This document shows, piece by piece, positions 25,905 through 34,220 of a DNA stretch of 60,862 bases (the stretch's first letter is position 1; each line of letters opens with the position of its first letter). The translations under genes were made by a program, and so were the position numbers. Below the pieces are notes generated by a model. The model was not told the origin of the DNA. It was given only the letters and a program-made list of their open reading frames with translations, and did not search any database. The DNA is from an uncultured virus (IMG/VR IMGVR_UViG_3300010352_002076). Taxonomy: Duplodnaviria > Heunggongvirae > Uroviricota > Caudoviricetes. The DNA is taken from the IMG/VR virus record IMGVR_UViG_3300010352_002076; one strand, given 5' to 3'.

Positions 25905-26891
25905 TCAGGCCGTCACGGATTCGGCCACGACGCAGCGCTTCGCCGCGGCCACCAGCGCGGCGACACGGTCGACTTCGCCGCTGAGGTCGACGCGGACCCC
26001 GGCCTTCGACAGCGCGGTGCGGAGACGCCCCTCGCCGCCGACACCGGTGGCGAGGTTGATGGCGACGTTGATCGCCGTCAGCTGCTCCTCGGTGACCATG
26101 AAGACTTCCGGCTTCGCCGCGGCCTCCAGCTTCGCCAGGAGCTCGTCCTTGCGCAACTTGCTGACCCCGACGATCCCGAGCGCCTTGGCCTGCGCCTTGA
26201 GCTCGGTCACGGTCATGGCGTCCGCCGTCTCGACCAGCGCCTCCACGGCTTCCTTGGTCTTGGCAGCTTCGGCTTCGGCCGCGGCCTTGGCGGCTTCGGC
26301 GTCATCCAGCGCCTGGCACAGCGCCGGCATCGCGGGCCGCAGATCGACACGACCGGCACCGATCATGTGCTCGCGGGTGTACCAGCTCAGCCGGTACGCG
26401 ACCCCCGCCGTCATGTCCCCGGGGAACTGGAGGACCACCATCTTCTTGGCGGTCTCCTTGTCGACGACGGTCTCGTCCCTCCAGTTGGCGAGGAACAGGT
26501 TCGCGGACTTCGCGTGCCGGGCGGCCCCGGTCGCGGCGAGTCGGAACTCTTCGGCGCTCTCCGGGCTGCGGAGCCGCTGCGCCACGACGCAACCGTCCGG
26601 CAGCCTGACCTCGTTGCCGAGGTACACCGCCGGCTTCTCGCCGCTGCGGCCGTAGACCGCGAACAGGCTCAGGGTGCCGCCGGGCACGACGTGCTGGGCA
26701 CGCCGCTGGAAGCTGAGGGCGAGGCCGCGGCAGCTGGCGACCAAGGAGCCGACGTCGATCGGCTTGCGCGGGTCCAGGTTGATCTCGACCTCGAGCCGGG
26801 CCTTGATCAAGGCAGCGGCGTCGGCCTTGAAGCGGGCGACGTCGCCCTGGTTGGGGGAGCTGGCGAACAGGGTGATGGACTTCTGCGACAT
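25905..26891 (-). CDS. Rho termination factor N-terminal (Rho_N) domain-containing protein (328 aa)
   Basis: MTVTELKAQAKALGIVGVSKLRKDELLAKL matches the Rho_N pattern; start re-picked at MSQKSI with AAGGA upstream. Confidence 0.7.
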   Translation of the reverse strand: MSQKSITLFASSPNQGDVARFKADAAALIKARLEVEINLDPRKPIDVGSLVASCRGLALSFQRRAQHVVPGGTLSLFAVYGRSGEKPAVYLGNEVRLPDGCVVAQRLRSPESAEEFRLAATGAARHAKSANLFLANWRDETVVDKETAKKMVVLQFPGDMTAGVAYRLSWYTREHMIGAGRVDLRPAMPALCQALDDAEAAKAAAEAEAAKTKEAVEALVETADAMTVTELKAQAKALGIVGVSKLRKDELLAKLEAAAKPEVFMVTEEQLTAINVAINLATGVGGEGRLRTALSKAGVRVDLSGEVDRVAALVAAAKRCVVAESVTA

Positions 26892-27017
26892 GGGATTGTC
26901 CTTCCGGAGGTCTACTCCGAAATGGGTGATGGACGGGCCCCAATAGCGAGTGCTACCGGGCTGGTGCCCCTTGCGGGACATGATGAGCCCCGGGCGCCTG
27001 TTAGGGCACCCGGGGCT
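26892..27017 (-). promoter_or_regulatory. structured four-hairpin leader, copy B
   Basis: Hairpin loops CTAACA, GCAA and TAGAC shared with copy A; outer stems covary. Confidence 0.7.
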
Positions 27018-27046
27018 ACTGAACAACATCTCACAACGGATGAGCT

Positions 27047-27244
27047 TCATCTACCGCCGAGCCTGGCGCCGCCAATGACGACGTGGCTCAGTTCATATCG
27101 CGCCCAGTGGGAGCGCACCTCAGACCGCGGACGCCGAACGTACGGGATCGGCAAGAGCTGATCTCCCGACGCAGCCTTCCACGACACTGATGTTTGCCAG
27201 ATCTCGAGCGTCCAGCGCCCGAGGCAGCAGAGTTGAACCAGCAT
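27047..27244 (-). CDS. possible small protein (65 aa)
   Basis: TGATG overlap and GGAGG upstream; weak codon bias. Confidence 0.35.
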   Translation of the reverse strand: MLVQLCCLGRWTLEIWQTSVSWKAASGDQLLPIPYVRRPRSEVRSHWARYELSHVVIGGARLGGR

Positions 27245-27747
27245 CAGACCTCTTCCATCTCCGGCACGCTGACGAGGTCCTCGAGACCGCTGAGGTTCTC
27301 GAGGTGGTCCGCGGCGCTGTGGTCCGTGAAGACATCACCCACTTTGACCTCGCGGTCAAGATGGGGCTTCAGCGCAGCCTGAACCGCCAAGAAGCGGCTC
27401 CAGCTGCGCCCGGCCTGGGCGCCGTCATCGATCTTCTCCAGGAGCTTCTCCTGGATGGCCTCTGCGGCCGCGTTGAAGCCCAGGGCGAGCCGGCGGGCGC
27501 GATACAGGGCGCCGAGCCGGGCAGCTTCGGCCTCGAGGTTGCGGGCACGGATCTCAGGGGCCATTGCGGGATCCGGGGTCTGGCCGCAGGCGCGCTCACC
27601 GTTCGCCATGCGGGCGAACGCAGCTTCGCGGCACTGCGCCACGGTGGCGTCTTTGGGCAGACCGAAGATGACGACGCAGTCGTCGAGCTCGCTGGTCGCG
27701 GCAGCCAGGGTAAGGGTGGAAAGGGCGAGGGAGTGAACGAGGGTCAT
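27244..27747 (-). CDS. hypothetical helical protein (167 aa)
   Basis: AAGGA RBS, strong codon bias. Confidence 0.7.
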   Translation of the reverse strand: MTLVHSLALSTLTLAAATSELDDCVVIFGLPKDATVAQCREAAFARMANGERACGQTPDPAMAPEIRARNLEAEAARLGALYRARRLALGFNAAAEAIQEKLLEKIDDGAQAGRSWSRFLAVQAALKPHLDREVKVGDVFTDHSAADHLENLSGLEDLVSVPEMEEV

Positions 27748-27869
27748 GGGGATTCCTTGTCAGGTCTACTGACGGGATGTGGCTTCGCAGCGGAGATGCT
27801 GCGACAACCGGGTTTAGGTGCCCCTTGCGGGACATAACGCACCGCGGCGCCTGTTAGGGCGCCGCGGTG
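27748..27869 (-). promoter_or_regulatory. structured four-hairpin leader, copy A
   Basis: Same layout as copy B; 19-nt identical core GGTGCCCCTTGCGGGACAT (+ strand) at 27817 and 26963. Confidence 0.7.
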
Positions 27870-27872
27870 TTT

Positions 27873-28373
27873 TCAGAGCTCAAACGATAGTCGAAGCCAG
27901 GCCCCCAGCGAGGAGGTCATGGGATAGTCGGGATGCCCCGGTGGATGAGCGTTTGCCCGGTAGTCGCGCTGCGGGGCGTAGAACCCCTCGAGCGTGACGG
28001 GGCCCCAGCCGACACCGGCATGTGGCAACCAGGCCAGGCTGTCCACTGCGCTGCCGTGGAGGTAGCCGAACGCTAGGGTCCCTTCGACGTGGAACCCATC
28101 GAGGTCGCCAAGGACCACCTTGGGGCCGCCGGCGAAGACAGCGCTGGGTTCCCCGAAGGAATCCCGATACGCCGCCGTGACCACCTTGGCACCGACATGG
28201 CACCAGGTCCCACGTAGCACCCGGGTCAGCCCGACACCGAGTCCCGGGTTCCACTGCTCATAGGCAGAGGCATGCCCGGGATGATACGATGTCCCGAACA
28301 GGTAGACATCGACGGTGTCGACGTCCTCGACGCCCCCGAGAAGGGCGGCAACAAACAGCAGAAACAGAACCAT
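27873..28373 (-). CDS. PagP-like outer-membrane beta-barrel protein
   Basis: Signal peptide; YLFGTSYH...YEQWNPGLGVG...AYRDSFGE resembles the PagP WH / NE-PWG-G / FKDS motifs; alternating beta strands; AAGGAGG RBS. Confidence 0.55.
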   Translation of the reverse strand: MVLFLLFVAALLGGVEDVDTVDVYLFGTSYHPGHASAYEQWNPGLGVGLTRVLRGTWCHVGAKVVTAAYRDSFGEPSAVFAGGPKVVLGDLDGFHVEGTLAFGYLHGSAVDSLAWLPHAGVGWGPVTLEGFYAPQRDYRANAHPPGHPDYPMTSSLGAWLRLSFEL

Positions 28374-28430
28374 TGATAGCCTCCTTTCAGGGCATGGAGA
28401 CCCCCTGGCGGGGGTCCCGGGTTATGGGGT

Positions 28431-28492
28431 TGGGGGCACCTCCAGGGGTCGAACCTGGCCCTGTGCTTATTCACAGGTCTCCGAGGGGTGCC
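28431..28492 (-). ncRNA. D-armless tRNA-like element ending in CCA
   Basis: GGCACCC-CTCGGAGA-CCTGTG/AATAAG/CACAGG-G-CCAGG/TTCGACC/CCTGG-AGGTGCC-C-CCA. Confidence 0.6.
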
Positions 28493-28499
28493 ATAGCTA

Positions 28500-28574
28500 C
28501 GGGAATCCTGAACCGAAGTTCAGGATTCCCGAGGATGAGATTTGTATGCAGCGTGAGCTACATATTCCTCTCAT
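28500..28574 (-). ncRNA. two hairpins upstream of the tRNA-like element (one with a cUUCGg loop)
   Basis: Perfect 14-bp stem 28500-28531 with TTCG loop on the minus strand; ATGAGA-GGAA-TATGTAGC/TCAC/GCTGCATA-CAAA-TCTCAT at 28535-74. Confidence 0.55.
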
Positions 28575-28606
28575 TATAATATACGCTATTTTACCCATAT
28601 ATTCAC
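28573..28606. promoter_or_regulatory. AT-rich patch with -10-like hexamers
   Basis: Palindromic ATTATAAT at 28573-80 (TATAAT on both strands); TAAAAT on minus at 28588-93; no TTGACA partner. Confidence 0.45.
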
Positions 28607-28716
28607 CTGTTTTGGGACCCCCTCCCAGGGGGTCCAGCGTGCTGAAACTCCCCCTAGGGGGTTTCCAGGGCGCCTCTTCAACTTCAGAGTTGAATACCCC
28701 CCTCCCCGGGGCCCCC

Positions 28717-31194
28717 CTAGGCCTGGTTCCCGGCGTAGTGCGAGGCGGCCGCGTTCCAGACCGCTTCCGGGATGCCCCATTCGCCGCCCCGATTCAGGGT
28801 CAGGAACCGGGCCGCTACGAGCTGCCTGGCCAGGACCTCGAGGTCAGCCTTGGGGGTCAGGGGGTGTGCCAGCGCGGCCCGGACCTCGGCGACCTGCAGG
28901 ATCACGAGGTCGTCCCGCTTTGCGGGGTGCAGGGTGCCCCGCTCCTGTGCCCACTGCAGCGTGAGCAGCAGGGTGAATCCAGCGTTGCCGGCGTGATTCA
29001 CGGACTTTCCCAGTTCCCGGGCCGCGACGTCGAAGACATCCCCGGCGATGCCCCGGGGCACCAGGGCGGCCCGGAGTCGGCGAGCGATGTCACCGTAGAT
29101 GTTCTCGGCGTCGAGGCGGATCTCCTGAGGTCCCGGGGCCCAGAGCAGGTCCCGCAGCATCAGGAACACGAACCGGATCGTGGGGCCCCAGGAGAAGTCC
29201 ACGGCGTCCAGGCAGAGCCAGTTCTTGTGGAGCCGAAGGATCCGGTGGCTCCCGGGGTCCGCGGACATCAGGACGTGCATCGGGACCCCGGAGAGGAACG
29301 CCTCGGCGAGGCCGTCGTCGGTCCAGATCACCGGGGTCGGCACCGGGCTCAGGGCGTCGCGCTCCAGGCGGTCGGGCCGGGGATCCCGGACCACGGGGAC
29401 CCGAAGCGCCGACGCTACGGTCTCCACGACGTGTGGCGCGGCGCGCACGGCGAGCCCGTACCCCGGGAGCCCGGCCTGGGTCCGGAGCAGGTTCCCCATC
29501 AGAGCCAGCAGGATCTGGCAGGCCTGGGGATCCTGGATGACGCCCCACTCCTCGGGGCACAGCGGGGCCGGTCGCGGCAGCATGGGTCCGCCCATGGTGG
29601 CCTGCTCGGTTCCCGTGATCCCATCGGCTCGAACCACGAAGTACGGCATCACCAAGGCGCGGCCGCTATCGCTCCAGCCGTAGCTGGCGCCCTGGACGAT
29701 GCGGCGGGGCTCCTGAAACCCTGACGCAATCCTAAGAAGTCGGGAGCGCCACGCCGAGTTCACCATGGGGACCCCGGCACCTGGTCGGGACATCACGGTG
29801 TCCTCGAGCCAGTTCCAGGTGTTCCGACGGATCTCGTCGTAGCTGCACTCGAAGGGCACGGACTGCCGGCGGAACCGGGTGTAGCCACGCGCCGTGGTGG
29901 CGCTCCCCGAGATCAAGATCTCGGTGATCTGGAACGTAGCATCCGTGACCAGGGTGTCCCCGCAGAACCAGCCCTCGTCACGCTCCGTGACCACCTTGCC
30001 GTCGACATCCACGGTCTTGATGTGGGTACCCCGCTCGAAGATCCGACTCAGCAGCGTGGCATCCTCACCGTTCAGGGCCTGGAAGCACCGGCTCTGCCCA
30101 ACCGGAGACAGCGAAAACTCCGCAAAGATCCGCTTGGCTTCACCGGGCTTCCGGGACAGCAGGAACCTGGCGTAGGCCTCGTGGGATCCCCGGGCTCGAT
30201 TCTTCAGGTTAATCAGGGTGGTCCGAGACGCGGCGCCAACGATGCTCCGGGGGGCCAGCGTCTGCGTCGGCGTGAACCCGAGGTCGTCATAGTTCGCGAA
30301 GTAGATGATGCGCGCCGAGGGGACCTCAGTGGCACGGAAGAACCACTCCGGGCTCAGCGTGGCGGTGAAGAAGATCGGAGCGGATTCCCCGATGCAGCCC
30401 AGGTCGACGTGACGTCGATGAGCCGGCGCAACGAACGGCGTTTCGAGGTCGCCGTCGAAGAGCTGCCGGACGTTGTAGCGCAGCGCGACCAGGGCGGAGT
30501 CCGCGACGACGACCTCCGGGGTACCCACGGGGACCCCGTGGGCGAAGCCAACGCCGTTGTCTGCAGAGCTCACCACCGGCAGGAACATCTCGATCGGGGT
30601 GACGCCTTGATCCGTGGGCTCGTGCTGCCGGATCAAGTGGAACCCCGTGATCCTCCAACCCACATAGGTCGGGATCGCCAGCGCCATGCTGTGCCCCCAC
30701 CACGCCTTGGCCTCCTTGGCCTCCTTGGGTAGATCGAAGTCGAACTCCTCGAAGCGTTTCGGGTGCAGGGCGCCGACGTAGCGGGATGCTTTCTTCGCGG
30801 TCTCCATGCCGTACCAGGCCAGGTTGTTCACGAGGAGGGCACGGGGCACCGTGGTCTGGGATGCCATGGTCTCCTGAGCCCCGGCCCAGATCAGCTGGAG
30901 CGTAGCCTGCTCCTGGGCGTCCGAGGTGTAAAAGGTCTCCTCGAGATCCGAGCTGAACTCGACGAGCCCGTGGAACTTGAGCTCAGTGATAGCCTCCGCC
31001 AGCGCGATCCGCTTGGCCGAGGCGTACAAGTGGATAATGTCCCCGACGAAGGCACACTTCCGGCATGCGATGGACGACGAGCCACGAATGGACAGCGCAG
31101 ACTCGGTGCCGCACACCGGGCAGCGCTGTTCCGTCGCGGCCTCATAGCCTCGCAGGTCCACCCGCTGCAAGATTTCCTTCAGGGAGCTTCTCAT
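28717..31194 (-). CDS. large primase-like protein (N-terminal Zn finger; catalytic motifs not evident)
   Basis: CPVC...CRKC followed by FVGDIIHLY...AEAITEL, like a DnaG Zn-binding domain; start 31194 or 31209. Confidence 0.55.
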   Translation of the reverse strand: MRSSLKEILQRVDLRGYEAATEQRCPVCGTESALSIRGSSSIACRKCAFVGDIIHLYASAKRIALAEAITELKFHGLVEFSSDLEETFYTSDAQEQATLQLIWAGAQETMASQTTVPRALLVNNLAWYGMETAKKASRYVGALHPKRFEEFDFDLPKEAKEAKAWWGHSMALAIPTYVGWRITGFHLIRQHEPTDQGVTPIEMFLPVVSSADNGVGFAHGVPVGTPEVVVADSALVALRYNVRQLFDGDLETPFVAPAHRRHVDLGCIGESAPIFFTATLSPEWFFRATEVPSARIIYFANYDDLGFTPTQTLAPRSIVGAASRTTLINLKNRARGSHEAYARFLLSRKPGEAKRIFAEFSLSPVGQSRCFQALNGEDATLLSRIFERGTHIKTVDVDGKVVTERDEGWFCGDTLVTDATFQITEILISGSATTARGYTRFRRQSVPFECSYDEIRRNTWNWLEDTVMSRPGAGVPMVNSAWRSRLLRIASGFQEPRRIVQGASYGWSDSGRALVMPYFVVRADGITGTEQATMGGPMLPRPAPLCPEEWGVIQDPQACQILLALMGNLLRTQAGLPGYGLAVRAAPHVVETVASALRVPVVRDPRPDRLERDALSPVPTPVIWTDDGLAEAFLSGVPMHVLMSADPGSHRILRLHKNWLCLDAVDFSWGPTIRFVFLMLRDLLWAPGPQEIRLDAENIYGDIARRLRAALVPRGIAGDVFDVAARELGKSVNHAGNAGFTLLLTLQWAQERGTLHPAKRDDLVILQVAEVRAALAHPLTPKADLEVLARQLVAARFLTLNRGGEWGIPEAVWNAAASHYAGNQA

Positions 31195-32866
31195 GAACGG
31201 TTCGGTCACCTTGGTTCAGCTTCACGAGCTCATCGGCATCGCCGAGAAGCCACCCTACGTGAAGGCGGCTTCCGAACAAGTCCAGCGGAGCGCCCCGGAA
31301 CCCCGGCACTGCGCCGACGGGCTCGGGTGCCAGTACCCCTGTGACTCCAAGGAGCAGACCTGGCTCAGCGCCGTGAAGCTGGCCGCCGCCGGCGGCGACG
31401 CCGAGATCCAGGCCGGGATCGAGAAGTTCGCCCGGTTCTGGGGCATCACCGCGGACGTTCAGACCGCTCAGAAGAAGATCGCAGCCGAGCTCGCGGTCCC
31501 GGCCCTCGAGGACCGCGACTTCGCCTTGGTGCAGGAGCACCGCGGCGAGAAGATCCGGAAGTTCGCCGCCTTCGACAGCAACAGCACCGTGAAGGCTGCG
31601 TCCGCGTTCTACAAGAACCGGCACCGCTACCCCATGGCATGGCGCAAGCAGGCCGCCGTCGAGCTGATCCGCCGCAGCGAGGCCCACCTGGCCCAGCTGC
31701 CGCCCGTCGTCAACGACTACCTCCACAAGGCCGCCGGCTTCGGGTTCCCCAGCGTAGCGGCCATCGAGGATGCCATTCTGGCGCGCACGGATCGCTGCCA
31801 GGGCCACCTGAGGGGGGCAGGGGTCAAGCTCGCCGAGGCGCTGGGCGCCATCGCGGCCCACCCCGATCTCCGCTACAACAACGACCTCGTCAGGGATGCC
31901 CTCGAGGTCATGGACCACTTCGACCAGAGCACCAAGCTGGCCGCTCACTACGGCGACGATGTCTCGCTCCCTGAGGAGATCCTGGATCTGACGCAGCCCA
32001 TGCTGCAGAAAGCCGCGGGCTACGTCGCGGGGCAGTGCAAGCTGCAGAACGGCATCAACGTCAACGTCCACGATCTCACCAAGGAGGCCCTGGCTGCAGT
32101 CAGCGACGAGCTCGCCGAGATGCCGCTGGCCAAGCTCGCCGCGGTGCTCCCGACGCTGCCGGCCCCGGATGCCAACGTGCTCTGCCGTGCCTCCGGGATC
32201 TCGACGAAGCAGGCTGCCGCCGGCGCCGACCTCCTCGATGTGATCCGGAAGCGCGCCGGGGCCGCGATGCCGCCCCCGCCGGCGCCGCCGGCGGCCGCAG
32301 CGGCGCCGCAGGACCCCGGCCTGCCCCCGATGCCGCCCGGCCAGGATCCCGCGGCAGCCGCGGCCCCGCAGCCCGGCCCCGGTGCCGTTCCTGGCGCCCC
32401 GGCCCCGGGCCAGCCGCCGCCGGCCCCTGGAGCCCCCGGCGCCGCCCCGGCGGCGCCGCCGCTCGAGAAGGTCCCCGGCCAGGCCCCGGCGCCCGGCGCC
32501 GCCCCGGCCGGTCAGAGCGCCCTGGCGGCGGGTGCCCCGCCGAGCCCGCAGGCTGTGCCCGGCGAAGTCGCTGGCGGACCGCTGGACGCCGGCGGCAACG
32601 CTCCGGAACCCGGCGCCATCTTCGACGCCCCGCTCTTCGATCCGGGCTCCGTGGAGCCCCCGAAGAGCCTGGACCCCACCAAGGACCCCGCGATGCAGGC
32701 GGCGGCCCCCGGTTCCGACGCCACGGCCTCCCTGGCCGACGCCGGCGGCGGCGCTGGGGATGTCCTCGGCGGCGCAGGCCCCGGTGCCGGTGCCCTGGCC
32801 CAGGAACAGCCGCCCCGCCAGGGCGTCACCAAGGACCAGGTCTCCGGACTGCCCCGAGGCGTCTAA
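31193..32866 (+). CDS. hypothetical protein (557 aa) with Pro/Ala/Gly-rich C-terminal tail
   Basis: AGGGAG RBS, strong codon bias. Confidence 0.8.
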   Translation: MNGSVTLVQLHELIGIAEKPPYVKAASEQVQRSAPEPRHCADGLGCQYPCDSKEQTWLSAVKLAAAGGDAEIQAGIEKFARFWGITADVQTAQKKIAAELAVPALEDRDFALVQEHRGEKIRKFAAFDSNSTVKAASAFYKNRHRYPMAWRKQAAVELIRRSEAHLAQLPPVVNDYLHKAAGFGFPSVAAIEDAILARTDRCQGHLRGAGVKLAEALGAIAAHPDLRYNNDLVRDALEVMDHFDQSTKLAAHYGDDVSLPEEILDLTQPMLQKAAGYVAGQCKLQNGINVNVHDLTKEALAAVSDELAEMPLAKLAAVLPTLPAPDANVLCRASGISTKQAAAGADLLDVIRKRAGAAMPPPPAPPAAAAAPQDPGLPPMPPGQDPAAAAAPQPGPGAVPGAPAPGQPPPAPGAPGAAPAAPPLEKVPGQAPAPGAAPAGQSALAAGAPPSPQAVPGEVAGGPLDAGGNAPEPGAIFDAPLFDPGSVEPPKSLDPTKDPAMQAAAPGSDATASLADAGGGAGDVLGGAGPGAGALAQEQPPRQGVTKDQVSGLPRGV

Positions 32867-32869
32867 GGG

Positions 32870-33535
32870 ATGAGCTTTGCCGGGCACGATTGGCGTCGCG
32901 TCGCTGCAACGTTCCTCTCCGGCGAGACCCCCACCTTCGGGACCGTTCTCGTCGCCATCGTTCTCAAGGCCTACGGCGCCGTCGCGTTGAACTGGGACCC
33001 CCTGACGCTGCGGGTCCAGATCGGCGAGGACTTCGGCACCGAGATCGCCCGGGCCCCCTACGGCAAGATGATGGCGCTGATCAACGTGATGACCACGGAC
33101 ACCGTGTACCGGTCGGTCCCCGTGTTCGACACCACGGTGCACAGCCTCGCCGGGGAGCCCAGCGCCGGCATGGAAGAGCTCCCGGATGTCGATGATGTCG
33201 CCTGGGCCGTCGCCGAGATCACCATGGCCGACCCGGATGCCCCCAGGGTGCCCGGCAGCAAGGTTCCGTGGTCCATCGACATCGCGGGCTACGTCGGCCT
33301 CGCCCTGGACCACGAAGGCATCCAGGGTGAGCCCAAGGTGCTGTTCTGGGCGCGGCGGCGCGGTTCCGGGGCTCCGACGGCCTCGGACCACACCAACGAC
33401 GCCGACTTCTACAACGCCGCCATGGGCACCGCCGCTGCCAAGGCCGCCGAGGTCGACGGGGTCATCGACCAGCGCATCGCTGTACTCGTGGATCACCTCA
33501 GCCAGCTCGGCATCGAGCCCGCGAAGGTCGCTTAG
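32870..33535 (+). CDS. hypothetical protein (221 aa)
   Basis: Follows previous gene by 3 nt; strong codon bias. Confidence 0.75.
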   Translation: MSFAGHDWRRVAATFLSGETPTFGTVLVAIVLKAYGAVALNWDPLTLRVQIGEDFGTEIARAPYGKMMALINVMTTDTVYRSVPVFDTTVHSLAGEPSAGMEELPDVDDVAWAVAEITMADPDAPRVPGSKVPWSIDIAGYVGLALDHEGIQGEPKVLFWARRRGSGAPTASDHTNDADFYNAAMGTAAAKAAEVDGVIDQRIAVLVDHLSQLGIEPAKVA

Positions 33536-33831
33536 ATCCGTACCGTTCCGGTCTGCAGTGGCAGCACTAGGGTCTGTGTCACCAGCGCCAGCTTGAGGTC
33601 AGCGACCTCGTTGGCGTAGGCGGCGCCGCTGAGCAGGGACTGCAGCACGACTTCCTGCTTCGTATCCGACATCAGCACTGGCTTCGGCTTCAGGCACGTC
33701 GAGCACTGCTCCTGGCCGTTCAGCGGCACCTTGGTGCCGCTGCGCACGGGATCCAGGAACCCGAACTGCTTGAACCGCGTCGAGGATGCCAGCGCGGTCA
33801 GAGCTTCCTTGTTGAGTAGGACCTCGCTCAC
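33532..33831 (-). CDS. hypothetical protein (99 aa, CxxC)
   Basis: GTGA overlap; last gene of tail operon. Confidence 0.55.
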   Translation of the reverse strand: MSEVLLNKEALTALASSTRFKQFGFLDPVRSGTKVPLNGQEQCSTCLKPKPVLMSDTKQEVVLQSLLSGAAYANEVADLKLALVTQTLVLPLQTGTVRI

Positions 33832-34220
33832 GAGCTGATCTCGACGGTCCGCACCGGGCTGAGCTGGTTGTTGATCCGGGCCATCTCGGCGCACAGGATC
33901 TCGAGCTCAGCCAGGATCTCGTCCCGGATCTCGTAGGCCACGCTCCGGGATGCGAAGTCCAGCTTGGCGACATTGCTGCGGAAGAAGGAGAGCTCCGTGG
34001 TCGGCACGGTGCCGTAGTCCGCGAGATCAGCCGGCGAGCAGACCCCGGTGAAGAGGATCTCGGAGGCGGAGATCTTCTGGTACCGGAACATCGCGGCATC
34101 CTGGAAGCCTGAGGCGACCCTGGTCGTGAGCTCGATGCGCCAGCCCTGGTCTCGGCCCGGGGTGCCCACGTTGGTCTCCTGGATGTCGGTGTGCAGCGCG
34201 TAGGTAATGGGGTCAGCCAT
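33828..34220 (-). CDS. hypothetical virion-associated protein (130 aa)
   Basis: Operon position. Confidence 0.65.
   Translation of the reverse strand: MADPITYALHTDIQETNVGTPGRDQGWRIELTTRVASGFQDAAMFRYQKISASEILFTGVCSPADLADYGTVPTTELSFFRSNVAKLDFASRSVAYEIRDEILAELEILCAEMARINNQLSPVRTVEISS

Noticed and set aside
26892..27017. Twister ribozyme (UAAC, GUCC, AGCCCGG fragments)
   Set aside because: The fragments fall in separate hairpins and I could not build the two pseudoknots.
28431..28492. Canonical tRNA-His or tmRNA
   Set aside because: No D arm, the flanks of CTGTGAA do not pair as an anticodon stem, no G-1; no G3:U70/A73 or tag ORF for tmRNA. Kept only as a tRNA-like element.
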